A DNA stretch of 64,000 nt from the NCBI RefSeq assembly GCF_009914755.1, contig NC_060939.1; one strand, 5' to 3'. A program made the translations under genes and the position numbers. The notes under the pieces were generated by a model. That model did not search any database. It worked only from the letters and a program-made list of their open reading frames with translations, and was not told where the DNA came from. The DNA is from the human T2T-CHM13v2.0 reference genome, Homo sapiens. Shown piece after piece: positions 28,987-41,937 of this stretch (positions are counted from its first letter, which is position 1; each line of letters begins with the position of its first letter).

Positions 28987-29521
28987 GATGTGGTTTGGAC
29001 TTAATGTTCCTGCACAAATCTCACGCCAAATAGTAATCCCCAGTGTTTGAGGCGGGGCCTGGTGGGAGGTGATTGGATCATGCAGGTGGGTTATATCCAG
29101 TTATATCAGTCCTTCTCCAGTTATATCACCATTTTTGTTCCTCAGTTGTTACCAGCTTAACCTTTCTCATTTCGTTAATTATTGACGCTATCACTTCTTT
29201 CCCCATTTTGTACCATAAATGGTTTAGCACCACCCTTTTGGTGCTGTATTGGTGATAGAGTTCTCACGAGATCTGGTGGTTTAAAAGTAAGTAGCACCCC
29301 CGTCCCCCACCCCATCTCTGTTCTTCCAGAGGCTGTTTGAAGTGCCTCTGTCTCCCTTCACCTTCCGCCACGATTGGAAGCTTCCTGAAGCCTTCCCAGA
29401 AACAGAAGCCAGTATGCTTGCTGTACAGCCTGCAGAACCACGAACCAATTAAACCTCTTTTCTTTATAAATTACCCAGACTCAGGTATTTCTTTATCACA
29501 GTGTGAGAACCGATTAATACA
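28987..29521 (+). mobile_element. MSTA/MSTB-type MaLR solo LTR with a foreign insert at ~29090-29218
   Basis: TGATGTGGTTTGG start, CCAATTAAACCTCTTTTCTTTATAAATTACCCAGACTCAGGTATTTCTTTAT, ...TAATACA end. Confidence 0.88.
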
Positions 29522-29901
29522 CTCACCCACCAAGGGCACTCCTTTTTCCTTTCTAGGATAGCTATAGGCTTAAATAAATGGTTCTCCATTTCTAAAGATT
29601 TTGGGCAGGGTAAAGAGTCTGTTCTCAGACTCCTGGACTGTAAGACTCAGTTCAAATGTCCCTGTCTCTGTTGTCTTCCCTGACCAATCCCTAGTGACTG
29701 AGTGCCCGTCTCCTTTTCACTGCGGGTCCACTGTGTTCTCTTCAGGTGCAGTGTTGCTGCTTTTGTTTAGAGTCCATCTTCCTCATGAGACTGTGAACCC
29801 CTTGAGGGAGAAGATTGTGCTTTGTCTTTGATCTGCTGTATTGTACATAGTGAACAGTGTCTGTTTTAAAATTTTAAGTTAATTTAAACAACACCTTTAA
29901 T

Positions 29902-30208
29902 GGCCGGGCGTGGTTGTTCACCCCTATAATCCCAGCACTTTGGGAGGCTGAGGCAGGCAGATCACTTGAAGCCAGGACTTCAAGACCAGACTGGCCAACA
30001 TGGTGAAACCCTGTCTCTACTAAAAATACAAAAATTAGCCGGGTATAGTGGTGCACGCCTGTAATCACAGCTAACTGGGATGCTGAGGTAAGGAGAATCG
30101 CTTGAACCCAGCAGGTGGAGGTTGCAGTGAGCCGAGACCGTGCCACTGCACTCCAGCCTGGGCGACAGAGTGAAACTCTGTCTAAAAAAAAACAAAAACA
30201 AAAAAACA
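29902..30208 (+). mobile_element. AluS
   Basis: Full dimer. Confidence 0.9.
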
Positions 30209-30489
30209 CACAAAAAAAATCACCAAATTTTAATAATTATATACAGTTAAAAAAAGTCAAACAAATAAAAGGTTTATAAACCTTAACTTCCCCCTCCTAG
30301 TCTTAGTACTGCTCTTCAGAAGGAAACACCTCTGTTTCAATTTTTAGTCCTCTGACTCTGAGTGTTAATTAGCTTCTCTAAGTAGTAAAGTTGTACCACT
30401 ACACCACCAACCCTGTAGGGCTTTATCTACTGGTTTCTGCTGTGGTTGTTGAGAATTTAGTTCACCTGTACCACCACCCACCTTTCCTG

Positions 30490-31253
<764 letters not shown>

Positions 31254-31435
31254 TACCACAATCTACCTTCCCAGCCCCCCTCTTCCTTCTCCAGTTATAT
31301 CATCATTTTTGTTCCTCAGTTGTTACCAGTTTGACCTTCTCATTCCATTAATTATTGATGGTATCTCTTCTCTCCCCATGTTGTATCATAAGTTTATTTT
31401 CACTCCTCTTCCTTCCACCTCCACTCACCACTTTC

Positions 31436-31496
31436 CTGATTTCATCAGGAAATTCCAACAGCTGATTTCCATCAGGAAATTCCAACAGCTGATTTT
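31436..31496. repeat. 27-bp tandem duplication CATCAGGAAATTCCAACAGCTGATTT
   Basis: Copies at 31443 and 31470. Confidence 0.9.
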
Positions 31497-32289
31497 TGTC
31501 AGCTACATCTTAGCTTTTACACAGAGACGTCTGATTTAATTAACATTTTGCTTTGTAACAGAATTTTTGGACACCTGGTGCTTTCTGAGTCCATAAGGTT
31601 TCCATGGAGGAAAATTGACAAAAGATTCTTTCAGAGAAAACCCACAATTTCCCATTAACTAGTTTAGTGTGTTTTCCTTCCTTGCAACCAAATCATCCCA
31701 GATTAGTATACCCTCAGTCCCATCAAAGCTCCTGGGGACCAAAACGTCAGCAGCAGTAAGACAGAACGGCAGGATGAGACTTATTTGCATTGAGTTATGT
31801 TGGGTTGTTAGCTGCGGTAATAAAACCCTGGGATGTTTCCTCTCTGACAACTCTTTCTATTGTCACAAACATTTGTGCTAGTAGCAGATGGATAGGTCAC
31901 ATCAATTTAATGTAACTACTGTACTTTACAAGGCTGTGTCTTCATTAACAAAGATCAATTAAACCAAGATCGGCATTATGCCCAGGAAATCAGTGTGACA
32001 TTTAACAAGAAGGATATTCTCGATGGACACACTTTGCCATAATTTTTTTTTAACACATATAATAAAAAATTGGAGGTGAAAACGAGTAGATATTTTGTAA
32101 GGTTTAGGCTGGAGATGGTGATGTTGGAACCTGGAATTCTCAATTGGTAGGAATGCTATCCTTGGGTTTGAGGAATCTCAGATCTTTCCTGACCCCTCCA
32201 CACCTACATGGGCCAGAGAGTGTAATGAGGGACCCTTCCCTTCTGCGGACATTCATTCCTTTATTTCCCCCATATTCTCTGGAATCATG

Positions 32290-32500
32290 AAAAGAACCTG
32301 GATTTGAGAGTAGACAGTTTTACATTTGAGCGGCCACTTTACCATGACTTTGCAAGTGGAACTTGGGCAAGTTCCTTAATGTTTCTGATCTTCAGTTTCC
32401 TCAAATAAGGAAAATAAATAAATGCCTAATAGGTTCTGCTGTGAAGAGTCAATGAGCAAAGCATCTCATATGCCTGAGTCATAGAGAGCACATAACAAAA
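32290..32500 (+). mobile_element. MIR
   Basis: ACTTGGGCAAGTTCCTTAAT...CAGTTTCCTCAAAT core. Confidence 0.65.
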
Positions 32501-33754
32501 GATAGCTCGTTTTATTCTTATTATTCATCACCTTGAGACACATATTTATCTTAATATTTAACTTAGCTCACTTTATTATCCCATACCATTTGTAGTGAGA
32601 ATGTATTTTTCCCCTGCTATCCTTTCTTCTGTGATAACTCCAACGTCTCTCCTCCCTCAGGGATATTCCTTGATTCTTGGATGCTGTCTCCTCCAGCAGA
32701 GAAAACCGGAAGACAAGGGTGTCCCAGAGTTTTGGCTGTTGTTGCTTGTCCTAACACACGATGGCACTGTTGAAACAGGCAATCTTGCCATTGGGTGCCA
32801 TCCTCCTGGTACAATGCCCAGGGATCTTAGGGAACCAGGCAGGCACCTCCGTGGAATATAGAGATCCGGCAGCAGCTGCTACAGCCCATCTCAGCCTTGT
32901 GGAGAGATCACTTTTATTTAAGTACGGCTTGTGATGGAAACAGACCTGCAAGCCTATTGTGTGTGCAGGAGGGATCCTCACCCTGGTGTACCCGCCCGTG
33001 TCTGAAACTCAGTCCCACTTCCTTGTTTAATTGCTCTGAGCTTTGAGTTGACACATCCAGAAGCTCCATGATAAGTGATTTCTCTCCATGCAGATAGCTA
33101 CCGTCATACTCAAGTAATTCGCATTCTCCTCTCTGGCAGTATTCACGTGCAGGTTCCTGCCACAAAGACGCCCTTGTAGGGAACCAGCTCTGAATAAAGC
33201 TTGGAAAACTCACACCTCCCTGGGCACATCTCTGCCCAGATGAGTTCCTTGGACCTGCATGTTTCTGCCCACACTCATGAAACCTGGTCTGGAATTAGCT
33301 GTCAGCGCTGAAGGAATGTTGGCGTAAACATCACTCGTCCACTTTCACCTTTTAACCAAATCTCAGGACTTTAAATGCATTGAGGGTGTTTGCCATGGGA
33401 AGGAGGGGCATGAAGAGATACCCAAGATAAATGGTTTAATCGAGAAAACAAATTGGCAAACTAGATGTATAACATGATCCCATTTCCCTGTTTTTTCTTT
33501 TGCACTTCTCTATTGTCTGAATTTAATGTATTTTACAAAGTGTATGAATTAGTTTTACATATAGGAAAACATGACAAAGATTTAAAAAACCACCCTATTC
33601 TGCCAGCAAGTTGGTTGGAAATAGAGGCTTCAACTGAAAGAAAAAAGTAGGGGGATAATGTGGGGTCTTTATCAGTATTGCTTTTGGAAAAATTGAAAAA
33701 TCATCAAAATTATTTTTTCTAGTGATATATGACCCAGAATCAAATTTTAAAAGA

Positions 33755-33861
33755 TTCTTTCTTTCTTCCTTCCTTCCTTTCTTTCTCTCTCTTTCTTTTC
33801 TTTCTTTCTCTTTCTTTTTCTTTCTTTCTCTCTTTCTCTCTCCCTCCCTCCCTCCTTTCCT

Positions 33862-33904
<43 letters not shown>

Positions 33905-34162
33905 CTTTCTTTCTTTCCTTTCTTTCTCTTCTCCTCTTCCTTCCCCTCTCCTCTCCTCCCCTCCCCTCCCCTTCTCTTCCCTATCTTTCCCTTCCCTTCC
34001 CTATCCTTCTGTTCCCTTCCCTATCCTTTCTTTTCCTTCTTTCTGCAGTCTCACTCTGTCACCCAGGCTGGATGAAGTGCAGTGGCACGATCTCGGCTCA
34101 CTGCAAACTCCTCCTCTTAGGTTCAAGCAATTCTCCTACCTCAGCCTCCATAGTAGCTGGGA
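33755..34162 (-). repeat. (TTTC)/(TTCC) low-complexity tract forming the tail of an Alu right-arm fragment (34046-34162)
   Basis: Read directly. Confidence 0.88.
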
Positions 34163-34282
34163 CAAAATTATCTTTTAAATCAGCACAAAACAAAATTGAT
34201 AAGGTAATATAAAAGCATATTGTGAGCTGGCCTTTGCTTCCTTAAAATGATTTCTGAAGAGATCAAAACAATTTCAAGGAAC

Positions 34283-34604
34283 AGGCATAGTGGCTCACGC
34301 CTGTAATCCCAGCACGTTGGGAGGCTGAGGTGGGAGGATTGCTTGAGCCCAGAAGTTTGAGAACAGCCTGGGCAACACAGTGGGACCCCATCTCTACAAA
34401 AAATAAAAAAACTAGCTGGGCATGGTAGTGTGTGCCTGTAATCTCAGCTACTCAGGAGGCTGAGGCAGGAGGAGCGCTTGAAGCCTGGCATGTCGAGGCT
34501 GCAGTGAGCTGAGATTGTGCCACTGCACTCTAGCCTGAGTGACAGGCAAGACCCTGTGTCGAACAAAACAAAACAAAACAACACAAAACAAAACAAAAGA
34601 AAAC
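34283..34604 (+). mobile_element. AluJ with (CAAAA)n tail
   Basis: Full dimer. Confidence 0.88.
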
Positions 34605-35097
34605 ACCAGTATCAAGGTCTAACAGTAACCATACACTAAGGACAACAGCAGAATCAGGCAAGAGCAGATGGTGTTTCTATGTACTTGTGGCCAAGAAAGA
34701 TTTCTGTGCTTTCTTTTCATGTAGGCTTCCTTTTTCTGTTTTTACTGTTGATCAAGTGGTTTATATTTGATTATGCCTCCACAATGTAGAGCGTCTGAGC
34801 AGCATCTCTCTATTTAGTTAGAGATTAAAAACTGAAGAGATGAAGGAAATTGACATTTAATGAATATCAACTGGTACTGAGCACTGGGCCAGTGACTTTA
34901 CTGCCTTTATGCCGCAGAAGCCTATGTCCAAGAGGGGTTAAGAGCAAATTCAAAGCTGTTGGCTTTTGAAGACACTTGACCCTTGGATCCTGCATCTGTG
35001 AACTTGGGAACTGCAAATATGTATACTTCTTTATGGAAGGGAAGAATTCAAATTTTTCCAAATATATATTCAAGTCTATTTTAGCTGCATATGTTTT

Positions 35098-35480
35098 CTG
35101 TATTAATTGGGTGATGTTAGCTGCTATAGTAGATTAACACCACTTCTCAAGGATTAACACGAACAAACACATTTCTCTCTTAGTTTCCTGGTCCATACTG
35201 GTTGGCTACTCAGAGCCCAGGTGCCTTCATCCTGTGGCTCTGCCCTCTGCTAAGTTCCCAGAGTTATTTTCATTCAGCAGATGGGTCAGGGAGAGTGACT
35301 GTGTGGAAGACACATATGTTTCTTAGTCATTTTGACCTGCAGGAGACAACAGCACAGCATCATTCCCTTGGTGAGAGCTAGTCCTGCCTAGAACTGGGGC
35401 TGGGCAGCCCCTTCCCACAACGACTGTGCACGGTGGAAGGGATCACTTATCTTTGATGGTCAGCCAATCGTTTCTACACG
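35098..35480 (-). mobile_element. Old MLT1 (J/K-like) LTR
   Basis: TTAGCTGCTATAG start; ATTCCCTTGGTGAGAGCTAGTC motif. Confidence 0.5.
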
Positions 35481-36802
35481 GGTATACTCATGACTCAAAT
35501 CAACGATTCTGGAAAAATGTAATTTTTAATGTCCTCAAAGTCACTTTCCAACTTCAGCAGTGAAAATGGCAAGAAAGAGAGGTCATTTGGAGTCCACTCA
35601 GAGAGAAGGTCGAGATTCAGATCAGGCGTTCTGGAGCTTCCTGTTTGTATTTGCACAAGCAAACTATCTCCAGACCCAGTATCTCCTCAGCAGGTTGGTC
35701 AGAGAGCAGGCAGAAGCATATCTATCTGTCAACAAATTCTTTAAAAAGGTAAAATTCCTCAATGGACTGTAGTAACGCAAATGTAATATATGTTTACAAA
35801 TATTGTTAGTGTAATTGGACACCCATTTGTGTGAGAAGTAGCTATACTTTTAATATGCTGCTGGTGGAATTTTTAATTGGTTTAGCCATTGAGAGAACAC
35901 ACTGGCATCATATCTTAGAGTTGAAAATGCAGGCATCCTATGACCCAGCAATTCCATCTGTACCATTGATAAGGATTTTTTTTTCCCAATCAGCAACCCT
36001 GGATGACCAAATAATGCAAACAACTGCGTGTATGAATGACTCCGAGTGGTTTCATTTTTTTGACAAGATGATATCTTAAGAGCAGGAAAAAATCGACCAA
36101 GTTCTTATGAGAGAGAAATAAATTCTTCCAGCATGCTGCTATCAGTAGCTGAACATGCACATTGGCAGCAAGTTCTAAATGATGGAGACCATCACGCTGT
36201 TTGCCTCACGGACATTCTCTGAGCAAGTCTATTCAAAAGTCAGAATTTGATCAGGTAAAGGTATCTGTGCAAAGAAGAATCAATGCAGTACTATCTCACG
36301 TAGTCTCATGGGATGGAAAACATGAGAAGGAATCAACTTTACAGTGATATTTTAACCAGTATCTATATATTTTTATCAACAGAAGTATTGATTCAAGTAG
36401 AATGGAAATGTTGTAGAATGTATCTGTTGTAGGAAAAGTGGAGATTTGTAGGTAATATTTTGCTTCTCAGACTGGCTATTTGAGTGACATGATAGGAACA
36501 CAGGGGGTCACCATCGTGGCAGATGTAGCAAATTTTGTTTTATATTGTCACTTATCTGAGAACTTTCCCTCTTCAGAAGTACAAACGTATAGAAAATAAA
36601 ATAGGCTTCTGAGCAACAGAAATATGTCACAGACATTATGAGCTGAAACTTATGAAGGCTTCTGTGAGATTTCCTCAAAATATCACGCCAAGCTTATTTT
36701 CTATTTATTTTCTTATGTTTTTGTCTGATAAGCCTGGCTAGCTCTTTCCTCCTTTGAGCAGCACTGTAAGATGTAGCATATTAGAAATGTGTCTGTGTGC
36801 AT

Positions 36803-37570
36803 GAAAAAATGCTCATCATCACTGGCCATCAGAAAAATGCAAAACAAAACCACAGTGAGATACCATCTCACACCAATTAGAATGGCAATCATTAAAAAGT
36901 CAGGAAACAACAAGTGCTGGAGAGGATGTGGAGAAATAGGAACACTCTTACTCTGTTGGCGGGACTGTAAACTAGTTCAACCATTGTGGAAGACAGAGTG
37001 GTGATTCCTCAAGGATCTAGAACTAGAAATACCATTTGACCCAGCCATCCCATTACTGGGTATGTACCCAAAGGATTATAAATCATGCTGCTATAAAGAC
37101 ACATACGCACGTATGTTTATTGTGGCACTATTGACAATAGCAAAGACCTGGAACCAACCCAAATGTCCATCAATGATAGACTGGATTAAGAAAATGTGGC
37201 ACATATACACCATGGAATACTATGCAGCCATAAAAAGGATGAGTTCATGTCCTTTGTAGGGACATGGATGAAACTGGAAACCATCATTCTCAGCAAACTA
37301 TTGCAAGGACAAAAAACCAAACACCGCATGTTCTCACTGATAGGTGGGAATTGAACAATGAGAACGCTTCGACACAGGGTGGGGAACATCACACACCGGG
37401 GCCTGTCGTGGGGTGGGGGGGGAGGGGGGAGGGATAGCATTAGGAGGGATATAGCTAATGTAAATAACAAGTTAATGGGTGAAGCACACCAACATGGTAC
37501 ATGTGTATATATGTAACAAACCTGCACGTTGTGCACACGTACCCTAGAACTTAAAGTATAAAAAAAAAAA
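36803..37570 (+). mobile_element. 5'-truncated L1PA with 20-bp TSD AGAAATGTGTCTGTGTGCAT
   Basis: L1 ORF2 C-terminal peptides, 3'UTR and poly-A; TSD at 36783-36802 and 37571-37590. Confidence 0.95.
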
Positions 37571-37616
37571 AGAAATGTGTCTGTGTGCATTTGTGTGGGT
37601 GTGTGCTCACCTAGAA

Positions 37617-37835
37617 CAATTGTTCTTAAATGGGGGTGATTTTGCCCCTCCACAATAGGGGACATTTGGCAACGTCCAGAGACATCTTCGATAGGCATGC
37701 CTGGGGAGGAAGGGAGAGTTACAACTCACATCTAGAAGGTAGAGGCCAGGGCTGCTGATAAATATTCTATAATGCACAGGATGACCCCTACCCAACAAAG
37801 AACTATCCAGCCCAAAGGTCAACAGTGTGCCACCC
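37617..37835 (+). mobile_element. MER20 (hAT) element
   Basis: GGGGGTGATTTTGCCCC...GGGGACATTTGGCAACGTCCAGAGACAT...GTAGAGGCCAGGGCTGCTG. Confidence 0.85.
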
Positions 37836-38229
37836 TAGTAAGACACCCTAGCAGGCACAAGGACATCAGTGAAACGTACGTGGTAGCTTACAACCTAATA
37901 GTGAGGTAGGAGGGAGAAAAAGTTATAACAACAAACGTATGAATTAAAAAATTAAATTTACAAAAGCACATCAGTGTGGCACCATTGGCATGGAGGGAAA
38001 GAACTCCATGCGTGTCAATAACCCCTGAGGCTATTGCCATATCAGGGCACTGAGTAGTAATGGCTGTCTGAATAATGTTAATATATTCAGTTTCATAAAA
38101 TAGATGGGAGATTTTTATTACCTGCAGCCCCATAGGGCTGAGTCTAGCAGACACTGACATCCTTGATAAACAGATACCTCTGACTTCTGCCTGGAGCTAA
38201 GGTACTGCAATCCAGTGTATTAGAGGCAG

Positions 38230-38445
38230 AATTTATGTGGCAAAGTACATGCATTTAGGAGTCCTAGACACCTGGGTCCAGTCCCGGCTCTGCCACTGTG
38301 TGACTTTGGGCAAATTTGAAATCTTCTGAGTCTCTATAGGGGATTATATTATCTTCCATGCTGAGTGCTATGAAGACAAAATAAAAATATTTGTTAAATG
38401 CCTGATGCATAGAAGGCACTTAATAATTAATGGCTCTTATTACTA
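38230..38445 (+). mobile_element. MIR
   Basis: CCTGGGTCCAGTCCCGGCTCTGCCACTGTGTGACTTTGGGCAA. Confidence 0.7.
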
Positions 38446-38454
38446 TAGTAAGTG

Positions 38455-38700
38455 ATAAATAATTTATAAACATAATAATATAAACAACTTTAATAATAAA
38501 AACAACTTTATATTTATACAATGATAAAAATATAAACAACTTTATATTTACATAATGATAAAAATATGAACAACTTTATATTTATATAATGATAAAAATA
38601 TAAACAACTATATTTATATAATGATAAAAATATAAACAACTTTATATTTATAATAAAAATATAAACAACCTCATATTCATAATAAAAATATGAACTATAT
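38455..38700. repeat. AT-rich ~32-34-bp minisatellite (AATGATAAAAATATAAACAACTTTATATTTATAT)
   Basis: TGATAA at 38522, 38556, 38590 and 38622. Confidence 0.88.
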
Positions 38701-39718
38701 TATACTTATAATATATGTAGTAATGAGCAAATGATTAATAAATAATAGTTGTTATCGATAATCTGGTGTCCTGAGGTCTAGACGTTCTGATACCTTGCCA
38801 CTTGGCAGGTAAAAGGTAATTGGCACAATCCCAGTGGCCTGACCTGGGGAGGCAAGTTCCCGCCCCCATTCACAGACAGCTGTGGTGAGTTTCTGGCCTA
38901 GAATAGAGGAGGGAGAGTGCCTCTAATCCAGACAGCCTCCATGATTGAAAGGGGAGAAATAAGAAAAGCCTGAAAGTCAATTAACCTGAAGCTGAACAAC
39001 GAAATGCCTGACTCCACTGTTGAACTCCCCTCACCCAGCAGCCACCTCAGTGCCGCAGAAAGACTGTCTTGCCTCTTCTCACTCCTGCTGGCCAAGAAAG
39101 CACAGGAACCTCACAGGACCTGCACATTGAACTAAATTACTTCTAGCAGAAAAAAACTCCATCAGTGAAGCACTCATGCATCCCAGACGTATTTTAAGGG
39201 CACCAGTGACGATCTCTCCTTTAACTCCTGGGCCTCTTACTGCTTCAGCTTCAGACAGAACTGGGTTAGTATCGTGGCTTTGTTGCTTCCTAACTTGGTG
39301 GCTCTGTTATCTAGGTTAAATGTCTTGTGGCTTGTCGAGAAGCAAGTTACTTGATCTCTGTAAGCCCTAGTTTTCTCATTTGTATATTAGGGATAGAAAT
39401 CATATCTGTTTTTCAGTGTTATTGCTTATTATTAAATAAAAATTAAATGCATCTATTAAATAAATATTAAATATATTACTATATAACAATAATGTCTCTG
39501 AAGCACTTAGCTGAGGGCTAGCATATCCTAAGAGCTCCGTGAATGTTAAATGCTCTTTTTATTATTAAATATTATCATTACCCTTGGGATGGCTGTGGAT
39601 GAAGTTCTTATTGAATATCTCCCTAATAATCTTGGTCTGAAGTGGCAGTGCTCTTAAGGATAGTTCCTGTATTGGACTTACAGTAGTTCTGCATTAACTC
39701 TTAGAAGCTGAACGAGTA

Positions 39719-40033
39719 GGCTGGGCACGGTGGCTCATGTCTGTAATTCCAGCATTTTGGGAGGCTGAGGTGGGTGGATCACTTGAGGTCAGGAGTTTGA
39801 GATCAGCCTGGCCAACATGGCGAAAGCCCGTCTCTACGAAAAATACAAAAATTAGTTGGGCATGGTGGTGCGTGCCTATAATACCAGCTAGTCAGAAGGC
39901 AGAGGCAGGAGAATCACTTGAGCCCCGGAGGTGGAGGTTGCAGTGAGCCAAGATGGTGCCACTACCCTCCAGCCTGGGTGACAGAGCAAGACTCCATCCC
40001 CCCACCAAAAAAAAAAGAAAGAAAAAAAAAAGA
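39719..40033 (+). mobile_element. AluSx-like, followed by an antisense FLAM at 40080-40190
   Basis: Full dimer. Confidence 0.9.
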
Positions 40034-40944
40034 AGCTGAATAAGTAAATTTTGTTTGCAATAAGGAATGAACAAGTTCTTTTTTATTTTTAGAGATGAGG
40101 TCTCCCTGTGTTGCCCAGCATGGACTTGAATTCCTGGCCTCAAGTGATTTTCCCATCTCAGCCCCCTGAGTAGCTGGGGCTACCATGTCTAAAGCTTTTC
40201 TTTTCTTTTTTTTAAAAAATTCAAACAATATCATTTGTGCTACATTTACTGTAGGGAAACTGAACATTATAAATAAGGGGAAACTGCTGTTGAAATGAAA
40301 AATACATCATTTTTATCCTTTTATAGTTTTACATTGGTGAAAAGAATATGTCTTTGTATAACCCGAGTGTTATTTCAAATGTTCTGGCTTTCTGCCTTTT
40401 TCTTGTTCTATATTACTGTCTGTGTTAGAAGATAATAAACAGTATGTGTCCTCCCCGGATTGAATCTGTTATCCACTGTGGGAAGCTCCTGGCTTTGCTT
40501 CATGTTCAAAAACATGATTTTTGAGGAGGTTTATGCATATTAAAAGATGGGACTTACCTCAACTGGGACAACCTTTCATTTTTTGCTGCCTGAGCAGATA
40601 AAGATGAAAGAGCAGGAAAATCAGAGTTGTAGGTCATAATAATTCCAAATGATGGTTTGCTTTGGGGCTTAGGCCTGGATCATTTATTTTCTCTTTTACT
40701 GTCAGCTTGCTAAGGGATCTCATCCTTTCTGCTGGTTTTGAATGCCGTTAACTTGCTGATGGTTCTCAGATTTGTATCAGCAGCCCAGACCTCCCCCGAG
40801 AGGCCAGTCAGGTCCACCAACTGTCTACTTGACATCTCCACTTGGCTGTCTAAGAGGTGATCCAAACTTCACACATCCAAAACCACACTCCTGATTATAG
40901 CCTCAACCTTCATCAAGCCTGCCCTCCTCCAGCTCAGTCACTAG

Positions 40945-41320
40945 CCTTGAAGAATTGTCCTTGTCTCTAGTTCTTGGGAGGGAATCACTACACTGTTGGG
41001 ATTTCCCAAGTGATAGGAGTGTCTTTACCATTCATGGTGGGCCCCTCGGATCACATCTGAGTTTCCGCTAACGAGATGACTCAGGACAGAGGCCTACCAT
41101 GACAGAACGACCAACTATGTGATTAGAGGACTGGGGCTTTGAGCTGGGTGATATCAAACTGAACGATGGAGAGGGGAACTGGAAATTGAGTTCAATTTTG
41201 TGGTCAATGATTCAGTCAGTCATGCCTACACAATGAAACTCCAGTAAAAACTCTGGACACCAGGGCTCAGGTGAGCTTCCCTGGTTGGTGATACATATTG
41301 ATGTGCCAGGAGGGTGGCAG
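40945..41320 (+). mobile_element. MER21/MER77-like LTR fragment within L2 remnants
   Basis: AATGAAACTCCAGTAAAAACTCTGGACACC...GAGCTTCCCTGGTTGG. Confidence 0.6.
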
Positions 41321-41857
41321 GTTAATGTAATGGACAGCCAAGGTTGAGAACCAGGTCAGACACCACAAGCTCTTACTGCCTCTAGGCCTTTGTTTTTCAC
41401 GTCCGCTCACTTGGAATGCTATTCCCAGCTCTTGAAATTGCCAGGCCTCAGCTCAGATATCCCTTCCTCAGAACAGACTGCTCTGATGTTCCTATCTAAA
41501 GTGACCTCTCCTGTCTCCCTCTTTTTCATTACTGTATTTACTTTGTAAGACTTATTTCAGTCTGCAAATATCTCATTTATTTAGATTTACTTGTGTCTGC
41601 CTCCCCCAGTAGAATGTGAGTGCCATGAGGGTAGGGGCCTTGTGTCAGTGACTAACACTATGTGAGGCATATCTAGACCCAGTAAGTACTTTTAAAGTGT
41701 CTCTTAAACAAATAATTGAATAAATGAATAACTGAAACAACTGGCTGATTAGGTAACATTATACAAGGAAAAATGATGCTCAATGAATTTAATGAATTTT
41801 TGTCCTGTATGTAATTATCTAAATCTATCTCTGTGTGTGTTTGTGTGTATATATATA

Positions 41858-41937
41858 TTAGACTGATGCAAAAGTAATTGCGTTTTTTGCCATTACTTTT
41901 AATGGCAAGAACTGCAATTACTTTTGTGCCAATGTAA
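41858..41937. mobile_element. MADE1 (Hsmar1-derived MITE), 80-bp palindrome flanked by TA
   Basis: TTAGACTGATGCAAAAGTAATTGCGTTTTTTGCCATTACTTTTAATGGCAAGAACTGCAATTACTTTTGTGCCAATGTAA. Confidence 0.92.

Noticed and set aside
36132-36253. AG...GT-bounded candidate exon
   Set aside because: Stops occur in all three frames and no partner exons were identified.
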